A program made the position numbers and the translations under genes. Below are positions 8,489-17,246 of a DNA stretch of 35,661 bases, one piece after another; the first letter of the stretch is position 1; every line of letters starts with the position of its first letter. Below the pieces are notes generated by a model. That model saw nothing but the letters and a program-made list of their open reading frames with translations, was not told where the DNA came from and made no database searches. The DNA is from a virus (taxonomy: Duplodnaviria; Heunggongvirae; Uroviricota; Caudoviricetes), in the IMG/VR virus record IMGVR_UViG_2554235304_000012, one strand, 5' to 3'.

Positions 8489-9071
8489 CCTGAGTCTGCC
8501 TGGTTGTTTCTTCAGCCTGTATATCGCCTACAGGGTGATAACGATAAATCGTCGATATGCCGATGTCGTAAATGATCGCCAGTTGTTTCCTGTCATGACC
8601 GTTTTTAATCAGCCTCGCTATTTGCTCGTGTTGTTCTTTTGTCAACTTCGGGCGACGTCCGCCAATGCGTCCTTGTGCGCGTGCTGCTGCCAGCCCGGCC
8701 AGTGTACGCTCTACAATTAATTCACGTTCCATTTCGGCTAAAGCCCCCATGACGTGAAAAAAGAAACGCCCCATGGGTGTTGATGTGTCAATGCTGTCCG
8801 TCAGACTACGGAAATTAACACCTTTTTCCCGCAATTCCTCAATAAGCGTGATCAGGTGTTTCATACTTCTGCCCAGTCTGTCCAGCTTCCAGACAACCAG
8901 CGTATCTCCTTCTGATAGCGTTCTGAGCAGTTTTTTCAATCCCGGTCTGGCTGATTTCGTTCCGCTGATTTTATCTTCAAAAATCAGTTCACATCCTGCG
9001 CAGTTCAGTGCATTGCGTTGTAAATCCGTGTTCTGGTCATTTGTTGACACACGAATATAGCCAATTTGCAT
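8472..9071 (-). CDS. Cin/Gin/Hin-family serine DNA invertase
   Basis: MQIGYIRVSTNDQNTDLQRNAL..GCELIFEDKISG...RPGLKKLLR.L..GDTLVVWKLDRLGRSMKHL..LIEELRE.G.NFRSLTDSIDTSTPMGRFFFHVMGALAEMERELIVERT.AGL..ARAQGRIGGRRPKLT is near-identical in pattern to P1 Cin / Mu Gin as remembered. Start set to ATG 9071 (AGAGGA Shine-Dalgarno at correct spacing). Confidence 0.9.
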   Translation of the reverse strand: MQIGYIRVSTNDQNTDLQRNALNCAGCELIFEDKISGTKSARPGLKKLLRTLSEGDTLVVWKLDRLGRSMKHLITLIEELREKGVNFRSLTDSIDTSTPMGRFFFHVMGALAEMERELIVERTLAGLAAARAQGRIGGRRPKLTKEQHEQIARLIKNGHDRKQLAIIYDIGISTIYRYHPVGDIQAEETTRQTQENKNR

Positions 9072-9125
9072 AAAAAACATCCTCTTTGTTTCGTGAAAAA
9101 TACAGAGTTGGTATAGGTAGGGATA

Positions 9126-9151
9126 AAAACGAAAACGTTGGTTTGGGGGAA
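9126..9151. repeat. hix/cix-like recombination site 1 (centre TT at 9138-9139)
   Basis: CGAAAACG-TT-GGTTTGGGGGAA. Homology to the other two copies begins exactly here. Confidence 0.5.
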
Positions 9152-9571
9152 GGCTCTGCACTGCCCGTTGGTGTGCCCGTTCCGTGGTCCTCAGCAACAC
9201 CACCAACGGGCTGGCTGAAATGTAACGGTGCAGCATTTTCTTCTGAAATGTATCCCAGACTGGCAAGGGCTTATCCCACCAATAAATTACCGGATTTACG
9301 CGGTGAATTTATCCGTGGCTGGGATGATGGGCGCGGGATTGATGCGGGACGTACCCTGCTTTCAGGGCAGGATGGTACAAGTTTTTCTCATTACGGAGGT
9401 AATTTCGACATTGGGTCTGGTCATTCAATCAATAACTATGACCAAATTGTTTCTAACCAACCAGGCTTTTCCCGTTTTTCATTTGCAGGGCCTTCACGAG
9501 GTGATGGGGTTAATTATGTAACCATTCGTCCTCGTAATATTACGTTTAATTACATCGTAAGGGCAGCATGA
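9139..9571 (+). CDS. Promoterless alternative tail-fibre C-terminal cassette 1 (silent orientation)
   Basis: The translation (within track ORF 9086..9571) shares GLGEGSALPVGVPVPW..ATPPTGWLKCNGAAFSSE.YP.LA.AYPTNKLPDLRGEFIRGWDDGRGIDA and the C-terminal PRNI.FNYIVRAA with the H C-terminus, but has a different middle region. Confidence 0.6.
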
Positions 9572-9590
9572 AAACGTTGGTTTGGGGGAA
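9565..9590. repeat. hix/cix-like recombination site 2 (centre TT at 9577-9578)
   Basis: GCATGAAAACG-TT-GGTTTGGGGGAA. Same core as site 1, in direct orientation to it. Confidence 0.5.
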
Positions 9591-10040
9591 GGCTCTGCAC
9601 TGCCCGTTGGTGTACCTGTTCCGTGGCCCTCAGCCACACCGCCAGCAGGGTGGCTGAAATGTAACGGTGCAGCATTTTCTTCTGAAATGTACCCAAAACT
9701 GGCAAAGGCCTACCCCACCAATAAATTACCGGATTTACGCGGTGAATTTATCCGTGGCTGGGATGATGGGCGCGGGGTGGATGCCGGAAGGGGCATCTTA
9801 AGCATGCAGGGGTGGTTAACAGGAAGTCATTATCATAATATTCGGTCATGGGATGCGTGGGATAACACGGTGTTGGTGCCAAATGACAAAGGAGGGGATA
9901 GTCTGTTGTCGACAGATAACGCCGTCCGGCAAGGTGCAATTAACGGTAGATTTACCAGTCAATACAGAACGGAATCCTCAGAGGGGAATGAAACCCACCC
10001 ACGCAATATTGCCTTCAATTATATTGTGAGAACCGCATAA
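9578..10040 (+). CDS. Promoterless alternative tail-fibre C-terminal cassette 2 (silent orientation)
   Basis: Track ORF 9582..10040. Shares the conserved junction sequence and C-terminal RPRNIAFNYIVR.A with H, with a distinct central receptor-binding region. Confidence 0.6.
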
Positions 10041-10651
10041 TGAATAACGCGATATTAAATGATGACCTTATTGCCGTACAGGCAGGAAACATCGTCGTTT
10101 ATAACTATGATGGTGAGACACGGGAATATATTTCCGAATCAACTGAATATCTTGCTGTGGGTGTCGGTATTCCGGCAAATTCCTGTTTAGATGCCCCGGG
10201 CGCACATAAAGCGGGCTATGCTATCCGCCGTTCGGAGAATTTAAGCTCATGGGAGTATGCGCCAGACCATCGTGGTGAAACCGTCTATAGCACTGACACG
10301 GGAAACACCGAAGAAATCACGGCGCTGGGTGACTACCCGAAAAATACAACCACTATCGCCCCGTTAACACCATACGATAAATGGGATGGTGAAAAATGGG
10401 TGACAGATACTGAGGCACAACATCGTGCTGCAGTAGAAGCGGCAGAAACCAAGCGCCAGTCACTGGCTGATGCGGCAATGGCTTCCATAAGTCTGATTCA
10501 GTTGAAGTTGCAGGCCGGGCGGAAGTTGACGCAGGCAGAAACCACCCGGCTTAATGCCGTGCTGGATTATATAGACGCGCTGAACGCAATGGATATAAAC
10601 ATGGCACCAGATATCAACTTGCCGGAAATACCACTGGCAGCAGCCAGTTGA
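10040..10651 (+). CDS. Tail fibre assembly chaperone (Tfa / Mu U / P2 G-like)
   Basis: 203 aa with ...WVTDTEAQHRAAVEAAETKRQSLADAAM..ISLIQLKLQAGRKLTQAETTRLNAVLDYIDALNAMD, typical of the Tfa C-terminal region. Start overlaps the cassette 2 stop. Convergent with H. Confidence 0.8.
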   Translation: MNNAILNDDLIAVQAGNIVVYNYDGETREYISESTEYLAVGVGIPANSCLDAPGAHKAGYAIRRSENLSSWEYAPDHRGETVYSTDTGNTEEITALGDYPKNTTTIAPLTPYDKWDGEKWVTDTEAQHRAAVEAAETKRQSLADAAMASISLIQLKLQAGRKLTQAETTRLNAVLDYIDALNAMDINMAPDINLPEIPLAAAS

Positions 10652-10657
10652 ATATAA

Positions 10658-12271
10658 CTAAGCCGCCCTCACGATATAGTTAAATGCAATATTGCGGGGG
10701 CGGGTTTCACTACCACCTGTGTTACCAATACTTCCTCGTGAATGAAGCGTTGGTGATGGAATCAAACTCCCTCCTGTATTTGTGGCATCAAGCCCCCTGC
10801 CTTGCGTATATGTTTTTTTGAAAATCGTGGCCAACTCCCATTCATCCTTTGTGTCATATCCATCGTTAGCTACAACAATATGGCGGTGTTTTTCCAACAT
10901 CCCGTTTTGAATGCTCAATAAAGCGCGTGCCGCATCAATTCCTCGCCCATCATCCCAGCCACGGATAAATTCACCGCGTAAGTCTGGTAATTTATTGGTG
11001 GGGTAAGCCCTTGCCAGTTTTGGGTACTTTTCAGAAGAAAATGCTGCGCCGTTACATTTCAGCCATCCCGTTGGCGGCGTGGCTGAGGGCCATGGAACGG
11101 GCACACCAACGGGCAGTGCAGAGCCTTCCCCCAAACCAAGGTAATCAAGAACTCCCTGAGTGCTGGTTTTACCAAGAATGGCACGTCCAACACTTGTCAA
11201 CGCGGTTAACGCGGCACGATCTGCCCCTGTAAAATATGGGAGTTTATCTGCTGATGTAGCAAGCTCTGCCAGCGCCGTCAGGGTGGCATCCTTCGGTTGC
11301 TTACCCGCAAGCGCGTTAGTCATGGTGGTCGCAAAATTCGGGTCATTGCCCAGCGCCGCAGCCAGTTCGTTCAGCGTGTTCAGTGCATCAGGTGACGAAT
11401 CTACAAGTGCGGCAATCGCGGCCATAACGAAAGCCGTGCTTGCGATCTGGGTACTATTAGTCCCCTGTGGCGCTGTTGGTGTTGTTGGCGTTCCGGTCAG
11501 TGCCGGGCTGTTTAATGGTGCTTTCTTGTTCGTTTCATCCATTACCGCCTTAACAGCTTTTGGTGTCGCTGCCAGCGTTTCAGACGTGCTGTTCGTGGCG
11601 CTACTGAGCTGAACAATTCCTTTTTGTGTAGTGGTGGCGTTCTGGGCGGTATATTTCCCGTTAGCCAGGTCATATGCAGCCTTAACCGCTTTCGGTGTTG
11701 CGGCCAGTGTTTCTGATTCACTGTTAATTGCACTGCTTAACTGAGTAAAACCTTTTACGGTCAGCGAGGCGTCCGGGTGACGTCGTGACTGTTCGTGCTC
11801 TGAGATTTTATCATCCACATATTTGCGGGTTGCCAGAACCACAGACGGGTCGATTTTCAGCGTGATGGCTTCGGTGTTCGTGACAACCAGAATCATGCGG
11901 ATAGTCTGGGTGCGTCCACTGCCTTCCTGCAACTGCGGTTTGTACGTTTCCGGGCAGTTTGCCACCGCAATGAGTACACCTTCATCATCATAAAGACCAA
12001 TCTCACGGATCCAGAATCCTCCCTCGTTTTCAGGGATGATTTGCTCCGCAATAATCTGGCTCTGATTGTTAGGGTCAACACTCAGAAGATTCAGCGGTGC
12101 AATGCGTTTCTGGTTAATCAGTTTTGTTTGTGCAGGGTCTGGTGTTGGTAACACACCATTTGCATCACCAACGGCCATTTGCGTCAGATTCAGCTTACTG
12201 CCGAGCATCGTCGCGTTAGCCAGTCGTGCCGCGCCCTGATTAGTCAGAATGGCGTAGTATTTCACTGTCAT
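10658..12271 (-). CDS. H: Tail fibre protein H (P2 H-like constant N-terminus fused to variable C-terminal segment)
   Basis: N-terminal about 380 aa align with P2 H (..ELVIPPE.GGFW.RE.GLYDD.G.LIAVAN..E.YKP...EGSGR.QT.RM.I..; SETLAATPKAVKAAYDLANGKYTAQ repeat). The C-terminal 159 aa start at the hix-like site. Confidence 0.85.
   Translation of the reverse strand: MTVKYYAILTNQGAARLANATMLGSKLNLTQMAVGDANGVLPTPDPAQTKLINQKRIAPLNLLSVDPNNQSQIIAEQIIPENEGGFWIREIGLYDDEGVLIAVANCPETYKPQLQEGSGRTQTIRMILVVTNTEAITLKIDPSVVLATRKYVDDKISEHEQSRRHPDASLTVKGFTQLSSAINSESETLAATPKAVKAAYDLANGKYTAQNATTTQKGIVQLSSATNSTSETLAATPKAVKAVMDETNKKAPLNSPALTGTPTTPTAPQGTNSTQIASTAFVMAAIAALVDSSPDALNTLNELAAALGNDPNFATTMTNALAGKQPKDATLTALAELATSADKLPYFTGADRAALTALTSVGRAILGKTSTQGVLDYLGLGEGSALPVGVPVPWPSATPPTGWLKCNGAAFSSEKYPKLARAYPTNKLPDLRGEFIRGWDDGRGIDAARALLSIQNGMLEKHRHIVVANDGYDTKDEWELATIFKKTYTQGRGLDATNTGGSLIPSPTLHSRGSIGNTGGSETRPRNIAFNYIVRAA
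11126..11151. repeat. hix/cix-like recombination site 3 inside H, inverted relative to sites 1 and 2 (centre at 11138-11139)
   Basis: Minus-strand reading is TTCTTGATTACC-TT-GGTTTGGGGGAA, very close to hixL TTCTTGAAAACC-AA-GGTTTTTGATAA as remembered. Confidence 0.55.
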
Positions 12272-12876
12272 GCGTTTACTCTCAGATTATCAATTAAATG
12301 AATGGCTGGGGCAGGGAAATAATCCCCTTCGACAATAATGGACTCCGGGGTGTAGGGATAAACCGTCAGGGCATCGCCGTGATAGCATCCCGTACCAACG
12401 AAAATCTTTCCGTTCACACTCAGGCTGATCGCCAGCCCCGTCAGATGGCGACTTACTGGTTTTGCATCCGCAATAAGGCGCTCAAGTTCCTGATACATTT
12501 CATCGGTGATGCCCTGATCAAGTACTCCGACAACAATGCGAAATGTTCCCGGTTCCTCGTTGAGTTGCCACCACTCCTTTACTTCAATCAGGTAGCCGAG
12601 AGGCTCCACGGCTCTTCGCAGTGCGCTGATGGTCCCTTTGTGTCGGTGTATCAGCCATGCATCACGAATCACCTGTCGCTTTGTCTCTTCCGGCCAGTTG
12701 CGATCCCAGCGGTCAACGGAAAATGCCCAGGCGAGATAAGGCAGCAGATGCACCGGGCAGGTGTCCGGCGACCACAGCGTGTTGAGGTCTACCGGAATGT
12801 CTGTAATGCGTGTTCCGACGGCTTCGGCACAACGCATGAAATTGCTGGCTGATGGTGGTAACAACGAATTACTCAT
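12268..12876 (-). CDS. I: Baseplate/tail protein I
   Basis: Position between J and H, P2 I-like size. Start set to ATG 12876 (MSNSLLPP...), giving a short overlap with the J stop. Confidence 0.75.
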   Translation of the reverse strand: MSNSLLPPSASNFMRCAEAVGTRITDIPVDLNTLWSPDTCPVHLLPYLAWAFSVDRWDRNWPEETKRQVIRDAWLIHRHKGTISALRRAVEPLGYLIEVKEWWQLNEEPGTFRIVVGVLDQGITDEMYQELERLIADAKPVSRHLTGLAISLSVNGKIFVGTGCYHGDALTVYPYTPESIIVEGDYFPAPAIHLIDNLRVNA

Positions 12877-13765
12877 TGCGTCCACCTTCGCTGATGGTGA
12901 ATGACTCACAGCGCGCCGCCTGTATGTCGCTGATGGCCATATTCTGTGTGGGTTCGATTATCTCCACGCGTTGCACACCGTGCACATGCAGTGCGGCAGC
13001 AATGGCGGACAACGCCACGTCCTGACCGATAAGCCCCTGCTCAGCCAGCCACTTCCTGAACGACGATTCAGCCGCGGCCAGAATAGGTTCGGATTCCGGG
13101 CCGGGGTAAAAGTACAGTTTTGCATTCAGCCGCCATGTCACGATTCTGGCGCTCTGTACGGTCAGGCGGTCGGCCACCGGGCGGGTATCCTCTGCATTCA
13201 GAACGGCGCGAACGGTATTAAGCAACGCCTCCGTTGCTGTGCCGTCGCCTTCAGTGGACAGGATGGAAACCGTCACACAGGCCGGAGACGGGCTGATGGC
13301 CCGCGCATCACGCACCAGACCGCTGGCGCTGCGTGCAAAATACTCGTATGCACCTGACGGACCAGCAACACTCAGGCCGTCATACGCCCGTTGCGCCCGC
13401 AATCTCAGCGAGGTGTCACTCTCCATCACCGCGTCGGTGGTATCCGTTGCCGGAGTGATAACCAGGCGCTTTGTGTTCATATTGCCCGCGAGGTTGTCCA
13501 GGTTTGTCCCTGAACCGTGGCTTAACATGCAGGCGCGAGCGCCCTCGTTAACCCGCTGGCGTAACAGCATTTCACGAAAAGACATGGTTTGAGCGATAAC
13601 GTTCAGGGGTTCCGATTCCAGCTCCAGCGCGGCGGAGACGGCTTCACGCTGTTCGGCAGGATAGGACGCAATCATCATGGCCTTTGTGTCAGCCAGAATT
13701 GCCTCAAAATCAGGCTCCGCGATGATGGCGGGTTCCGGTAACTGGGAAAGGTCAACAGCAGGCAT
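12869..13765 (-). CDS. J: Baseplate assembly protein J
   Basis: 298 aa. Synteny W-J-I-H and a size match with P2 J (about 302 aa). Confidence 0.85.
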   Translation of the reverse strand: MPAVDLSQLPEPAIIAEPDFEAILADTKAMMIASYPAEQREAVSAALELESEPLNVIAQTMSFREMLLRQRVNEGARACMLSHGSGTNLDNLAGNMNTKRLVITPATDTTDAVMESDTSLRLRAQRAYDGLSVAGPSGAYEYFARSASGLVRDARAISPSPACVTVSILSTEGDGTATEALLNTVRAVLNAEDTRPVADRLTVQSARIVTWRLNAKLYFYPGPESEPILAAAESSFRKWLAEQGLIGQDVALSAIAAALHVHGVQRVEIIEPTQNMAISDIQAARCESFTISEGGRNE

Positions 13766-13768
13766 GAT

Positions 13769-14119
13769 TTACTCTCTCAGCGTGATGGTTAATTCAACAT
13801 TCTGCATGGTCTGCATGACAGTGCCCGACAGCGTCACCCCGGCGCGGCCTCCTGCCTTCCAGACAACGTCGATAGCGTCCAGGGCAATGCGGGGTTCCCA
13901 TCGTGTCAGCGCAATCACGGCAGCACTCATGCATTGCAGACGCGTGGTGTTATTCATGGGTTCGTCAATCAAATCAGGCACAAGGCTGCCATATTCCCGT
14001 CGCATAACCCGGCTTGCCAGCGGGGTGGTCAGGATGTCCCTGACTGACTGTTTCAGGTGCTCCATATCGTTCAGGTTTCCCGTTCCGTCCGGGTTCATTC
14101 CTGTGTAGCGGGTTGTCAC
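13769..14119 (-). CDS. W: Baseplate protein W (gp25-like)
   Basis: 116 aa, P2 W-like size, between V and J. Confidence 0.8.
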   Translation of the reverse strand: MTTRYTGMNPDGTGNLNDMEHLKQSVRDILTTPLASRVMRREYGSLVPDLIDEPMNNTTRLQCMSAAVIALTRWEPRIALDAIDVVWKAGGRAGVTLSGTVMQTMQNVELTITLRE

Positions 14120-14697
14120 TGCGGGCCTCCTGTCGAATAGCTGCCACCTTTAACGCCACCGTGTTTATGCGTATGCACTGTGATGCCGTTTGAGGTGAAA
14201 TTGCCGCCGCTGTGCGTGATATTGCCGCTCATCTTTCCCCCTTTTGTGACGTCAAGCGTCGCCGTTCTCAGAAGGTCTGTGCATTCCACGACGGGCGTAT
14301 CCAGTGTCACGCTGACGGATGCCTGCAGGGTGGCTGTTTTCATGCCGCTGGCGCTCAGTGCGCCTGCGTCCGCGTCGTAGCGGAACACCGCGCCATCCGG
14401 CGCGCTGACCACGATTTCTTTCAGGCTTTTGCCGGGGGCCGGAATAGCATCACTCCACAGGCTGCCAATTATCATGGCGGTTTCCGGGTTGCCGCCAATG
14501 CAGGCAATTACCACCTGTTCGCCTGGTGATGGCGGCAGCCACACATTGAAGGCTCCCGCGCGCGTGGTGTTCCAGCGCAGCCAGCCTGTTTCCAGTTCGC
14601 CGCTGCGAACGCGCACGCGCCAGGACTTCTCATCAACTTCAGAGATGATCCCGGTGCGAATGATGTTGCTCAGCAGTCGCATGAGTTCTGCGCTCAC
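14116..14697 (-). CDS. V: Baseplate spike protein V
   Basis: ..IRTGII.E.D....R.RV..G...T.WL.W...RAG...W.PPS.GEQV.I....G..............DGAV..Y........SG.KTA...AS.SVTLDTP.V.CT..L.T.TL.V.KGG.M.GNI.H.GG...SNG...HTHKH align with P2 gpV. Confidence 0.85.
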   Translation of the reverse strand: MSAELMRLLSNIIRTGIISEVDEKSWRVRVRSGELETGWLRWNTTRAGAFNVWLPPSPGEQVVIACIGGNPETAMIIGSLWSDAIPAPGKSLKEIVVSAPDGAVFRYDADAGALSASGMKTATLQASVSVTLDTPVVECTDLLRTATLDVTKGGKMSGNITHSGGNFTSNGITVHTHKHGGVKGGSYSTGGPQ

Positions 14698-15338
14698 CGT
14701 ACAGCCTCCGCAATCCGGCCCAGCACCGTGTTATAAATCAGGCGCTCATCTGCCTGGCTGATACCCAGCAGCTCACGTACCGGGTAATCGGTGAAAATGC
14801 CCGGCGCAACCTGATCGCGCTCACCGAACTGATGAACGCGTGCAATACGTGCGGCCACGCCGCTGTAACCCACCGTCACACCGGAAGCATCTGCACGGGC
14901 TTTCAGGTAGCGGGCGGTGCGCAGTTTTACGAACATGGGGACGCGCTTTGTACTGTCCTGGTTGATGCGCCGGGTGCGTATTTCCAGAAAACGGTCGATG
15001 TCATCCCGGTAAAACGTGCGGATATTGTTTTTATCCTCATCCCACCCGGTAATGGTTCGCCCGTATTTCCCCGTGTCGTGATGCCAGTTTTTCAGCGTGC
15101 GTGCTTCGTTATTCCAGATAAAGCGAATGCGCTCCTGTATCCGGGTTACGCGGCGTCTGCGTGGTGTCCACGCGGTCCCGTCCGGCGCTTTCTGTGACCG
15201 GATGCGCGCCTGCTGGGCGCGGCGTAAATCCTGTGCCAGCTTTCTGGCGATGTTATTGATGGCCTGCTGATTCAGGCTGTCGCGGATGGCCTCAAGGGTT
15301 TCATCCACGCGGATGAATGCCTTATCCATCGCTTTCAC
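14694..15338 (-). CDS. S: Tail completion protein S (start uncertain)
   Basis: Position downstream of R with translational coupling to V (ATGA). The ORF is longer (214 aa) than P2 S (about 150 aa), so the start or the family assignment is uncertain. Confidence 0.6.
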   Translation of the reverse strand: MKAMDKAFIRVDETLEAIRDSLNQQAINNIARKLAQDLRRAQQARIRSQKAPDGTAWTPRRRRVTRIQERIRFIWNNEARTLKNWHHDTGKYGRTITGWDEDKNNIRTFYRDDIDRFLEIRTRRINQDSTKRVPMFVKLRTARYLKARADASGVTVGYSGVAARIARVHQFGERDQVAPGIFTDYPVRELLGISQADERLIYNTVLGRIAEAVR

Positions 15339-15789
15339 CCCACGTCACATCCTGGAATACATGCGACCATTCGCCTTCGGAAGAGGGCAGGCGGGGTTTT
15401 GGCTCCGGCAGGTGTTCTGCCTGCGGTGTACCCTGACTGCTGCGCGTGATGCGAACGCGTTCCCGCAGGGGGAGCGTAAACAGGAGATCGGCGCTGTCAT
15501 CGTCATTGATAACGGCAGAAAATTTGATGTCCTGATTACGCTCCGGATTGAGCAACAACTGTGGCTGATTTTCGGATAACCAGGCCAGCAGCGGCAGCGT
15601 GAGGTCGTCCAGCTCTCCGGCGTAATCCATGACAAACATCACCATCTGATAGCGGTAAACAAACGAGGGAGTTTCTCCGGTCGTTTCAATGTTGCCGCTC
15701 TCCACGAAAATGGTGAATTTTTCCGGGTTGGCCTGACACCATCGGCATGAACGGGTCATGGCTTCACGCAGGGAATCAGTTTTCAGCAT
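15322..15789 (-). CDS. R: Tail completion protein R
   Basis: 155 aa, the same length as P2 R. Sits directly after the lysis cassette. Confidence 0.75.
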   Translation of the reverse strand: MLKTDSLREAMTRSCRWCQANPEKFTIFVESGNIETTGETPSFVYRYQMVMFVMDYAGELDDLTLPLLAWLSENQPQLLLNPERNQDIKFSAVINDDDSADLLFTLPLRERVRITRSSQGTPQAEHLPEPKPRLPSSEGEWSHVFQDVTWGESDG

Positions 15790-16066
15790 GGTTGTTATCC
15801 TCGTTGTTCAGTCGTTGCAGCCTGCGCTGTTCCAGTAATTCAATGGCCCGTTTATCCGCGTTACAGGTTTCCAGTGCATCCAGAAGGTGGTCGCCCCATA
15901 TACCGAGTTTTCCCCATGTGGGAGTGTCAGGGAAGGGGGGAGGCGTTACCGGTATGGTCAGCGTCTGCGGTATAAGCCGGACTGACGGCGCTGGCAGTGG
16001 CGCGTTCTGCGTGCCTGCGCAGCCTGTCAGTAAAACGAGCGTCAGGCAAAGCGTGGGCGCATTCAT
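15776..16066 (-). CDS. Outer-membrane spanin (o-spanin lipoprotein, LysC/Rz1-like)
   Basis: MNAPTLCLTLVLLTGCAG.. has a lipobox (LLTGC) and a Pro-rich mature part. Overlaps the 3' end of the i-spanin gene in another frame. Confidence 0.6.
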   Translation of the reverse strand: MNAPTLCLTLVLLTGCAGTQNAPLPAPSVRLIPQTLTIPVTPPPFPDTPTWGKLGIWGDHLLDALETCNADKRAIELLEQRRLQRLNNEDNNHAEN

Positions 16067-16334
16067 CTTTTGCAATATCGTTGCGTAGCTGTTCACGTCT
16101 TACCTCTCCGTCCTGATTGCGTTGCTGATTTTCCACGCGGAGTTGCGCCAGCACCTGCTGCATATCCTGTACCCCGGCGCTGATGATATTCAGGGTGTCG
16201 GCGGTACTTTTCAGGGTGCTGGCCTGCGCTTCGTTTCTGGCGTTCTCCCGGCCCAGCGACCACGACAGACGCATGGATGTTCCCCATCCGGCAGTCAGAA
16301 GGAAAGCGACGCCAAGCGTGGGCCAGAGCTTCAT
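15927..16334 (-). CDS. Inner-membrane spanin (i-spanin, LysB/Rz-like)
   Basis: MKLWPTLGVAFLLTAGWG.. gives an N-terminal TM, followed by a charged coiled-coil-like region. Start 16334 forms an ATGA overlap with the endolysin stop. Confidence 0.6.
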   Translation of the reverse strand: MKLWPTLGVAFLLTAGWGTSMRLSWSLGRENARNEAQASTLKSTADTLNIISAGVQDMQQVLAQLRVENQQRNQDGEVRREQLRNDIAKDECAHALPDARFTDRLRRHAERATASAVSPAYTADADHTGNASPLP

Positions 16335-16723
16335 GCCGGATAGGCTCCGTGTGGTAACTGAAAATGCGGTCCGTCTTTCAGGGTCTTCCAGTCGCCGCCC
16401 CATTCCACCGGAATATTCAGTTCCCGGCTGGCCTGTCTGAATGCTGCTGCGATTTTTTCGTACAGCGGCCATTCCCATGACACCTGGCTGCCGATATAAG
16501 CCACAACATCCACGGCATGCCCCGTAAGGTGGCGGCTGTTCATGGTCTGGCTCTTACCCGTGGCCACCAGTTGCTTCTGGCGGTAACGGCTGCGCAACCC
16601 TTCGGTGATACCAAAATCCACTTCCGAGATTTCCAGTGCCCGTCGGGTCACTTTCACCAGATCAGGATTTACGCCCTGCAAATTCTTTTCGCTCCGGCTG
16701 CTGAATTTAAATGTGTTGCTCAT
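16331..16723 (-). CDS. Endolysin, peptidase M15 (L-Ala-D-Glu endopeptidase) type
   Basis: 130 aa with SRHLTGHAVDV ... WGGDW ... DGPHFQL, the Zn-binding H/D/H arrangement of the M15/VanY-like phage endolysins as remembered. Confidence 0.75.
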   Translation of the reverse strand: MSNTFKFSSRSEKNLQGVNPDLVKVTRRALEISEVDFGITEGLRSRYRQKQLVATGKSQTMNSRHLTGHAVDVVAYIGSQVSWEWPLYEKIAAAFRQASRELNIPVEWGGDWKTLKDGPHFQLPHGAYPA

Positions 16724-17043
16724 TCGTCCTTCTCCTTCACCCTGCGATTAAAGGCCGCAATAACCTTGTCGCGTGCTTTCTCTGCACCCATAAAACCGAT
16801 TGATGCGCCGATAAACGTCACGGCATCTTCAGGAAACCCGAAGAAGCGCAACGACCCGGCCACGGCCATGGCAAGAACGCCGCACGCCAGCGATCCCGTT
16901 ACGGTCTGAACCAGTGTTCGTCCGTCATAAAGGCTCATCAGCGCGGAAATGCTGACCGCCGCGCCTACTGCATACACCGTTGGCAGGTGGTCAAAGAGCC
17001 ACGCAATAACCTGCTCTGTGATCCCTGTTTGAATGGTGCTCAC
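16720..17043 (-). CDS. Holin (putative)
   Basis: About 107 aa from a GTG start at 17043, immediately after the X stop. Hydrophobic TM segments and a charged C-terminus (RRVKEKDE). Stop overlaps the endolysin start. Confidence 0.55.
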   Translation of the reverse strand: MSTIQTGITEQVIAWLFDHLPTVYAVGAAVSISALMSLYDGRTLVQTVTGSLACGVLAMAVAGSLRFFGFPEDAVTFIGASIGFMGAEKARDKVIAAFNRRVKEKDE

Positions 17044-17045
17044 TG

Positions 17046-17246
17046 CTACTCCCCCCACAACTGAATCATTTCTCGTTTCTTCTTCTCCGGCTCCGGCATC
17101 TCCACTTCCTGCCCGGCGTCCAGAAATACCTGCTGACAGAGTCCGGGGTTGGCATCCAGCACCTTTTCGGTGACGCCCTGCGTCGTGCCGTAGTACCGGA
17201 AACAGAGCGAATCCACGGTGTCGCCTTCCAGTGCCTTCACTTTCAT
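17046..17246 (-). CDS. X: Tail protein X
   Basis: MKVKALEGDTVDSLCFRYYG.T.GV.E.VL.ANPGL..... matches the P2 X pattern (MKTFALQGDTLDAICVRYYGRTEGVVETVLAANPGL); 67-aa product from ATG 17246. Confidence 0.8.
   Translation of the reverse strand: MKVKALEGDTVDSLCFRYYGTTQGVTEKVLDANPGLCQQVFLDAGQEVEMPEPEKKKREMIQLWGE

Noticed and set aside
8472-9266. N-terminal 65-aa extension of the invertase ORF, and the similar 11011..11232 (+) ORF (MPVLGTFQKKML...)
   Set aside because: Both are antisense readings of the conserved tail-fibre junction repeat. The invertase start at 9071 has a proper Shine-Dalgarno and matches Cin/Gin N-termini.
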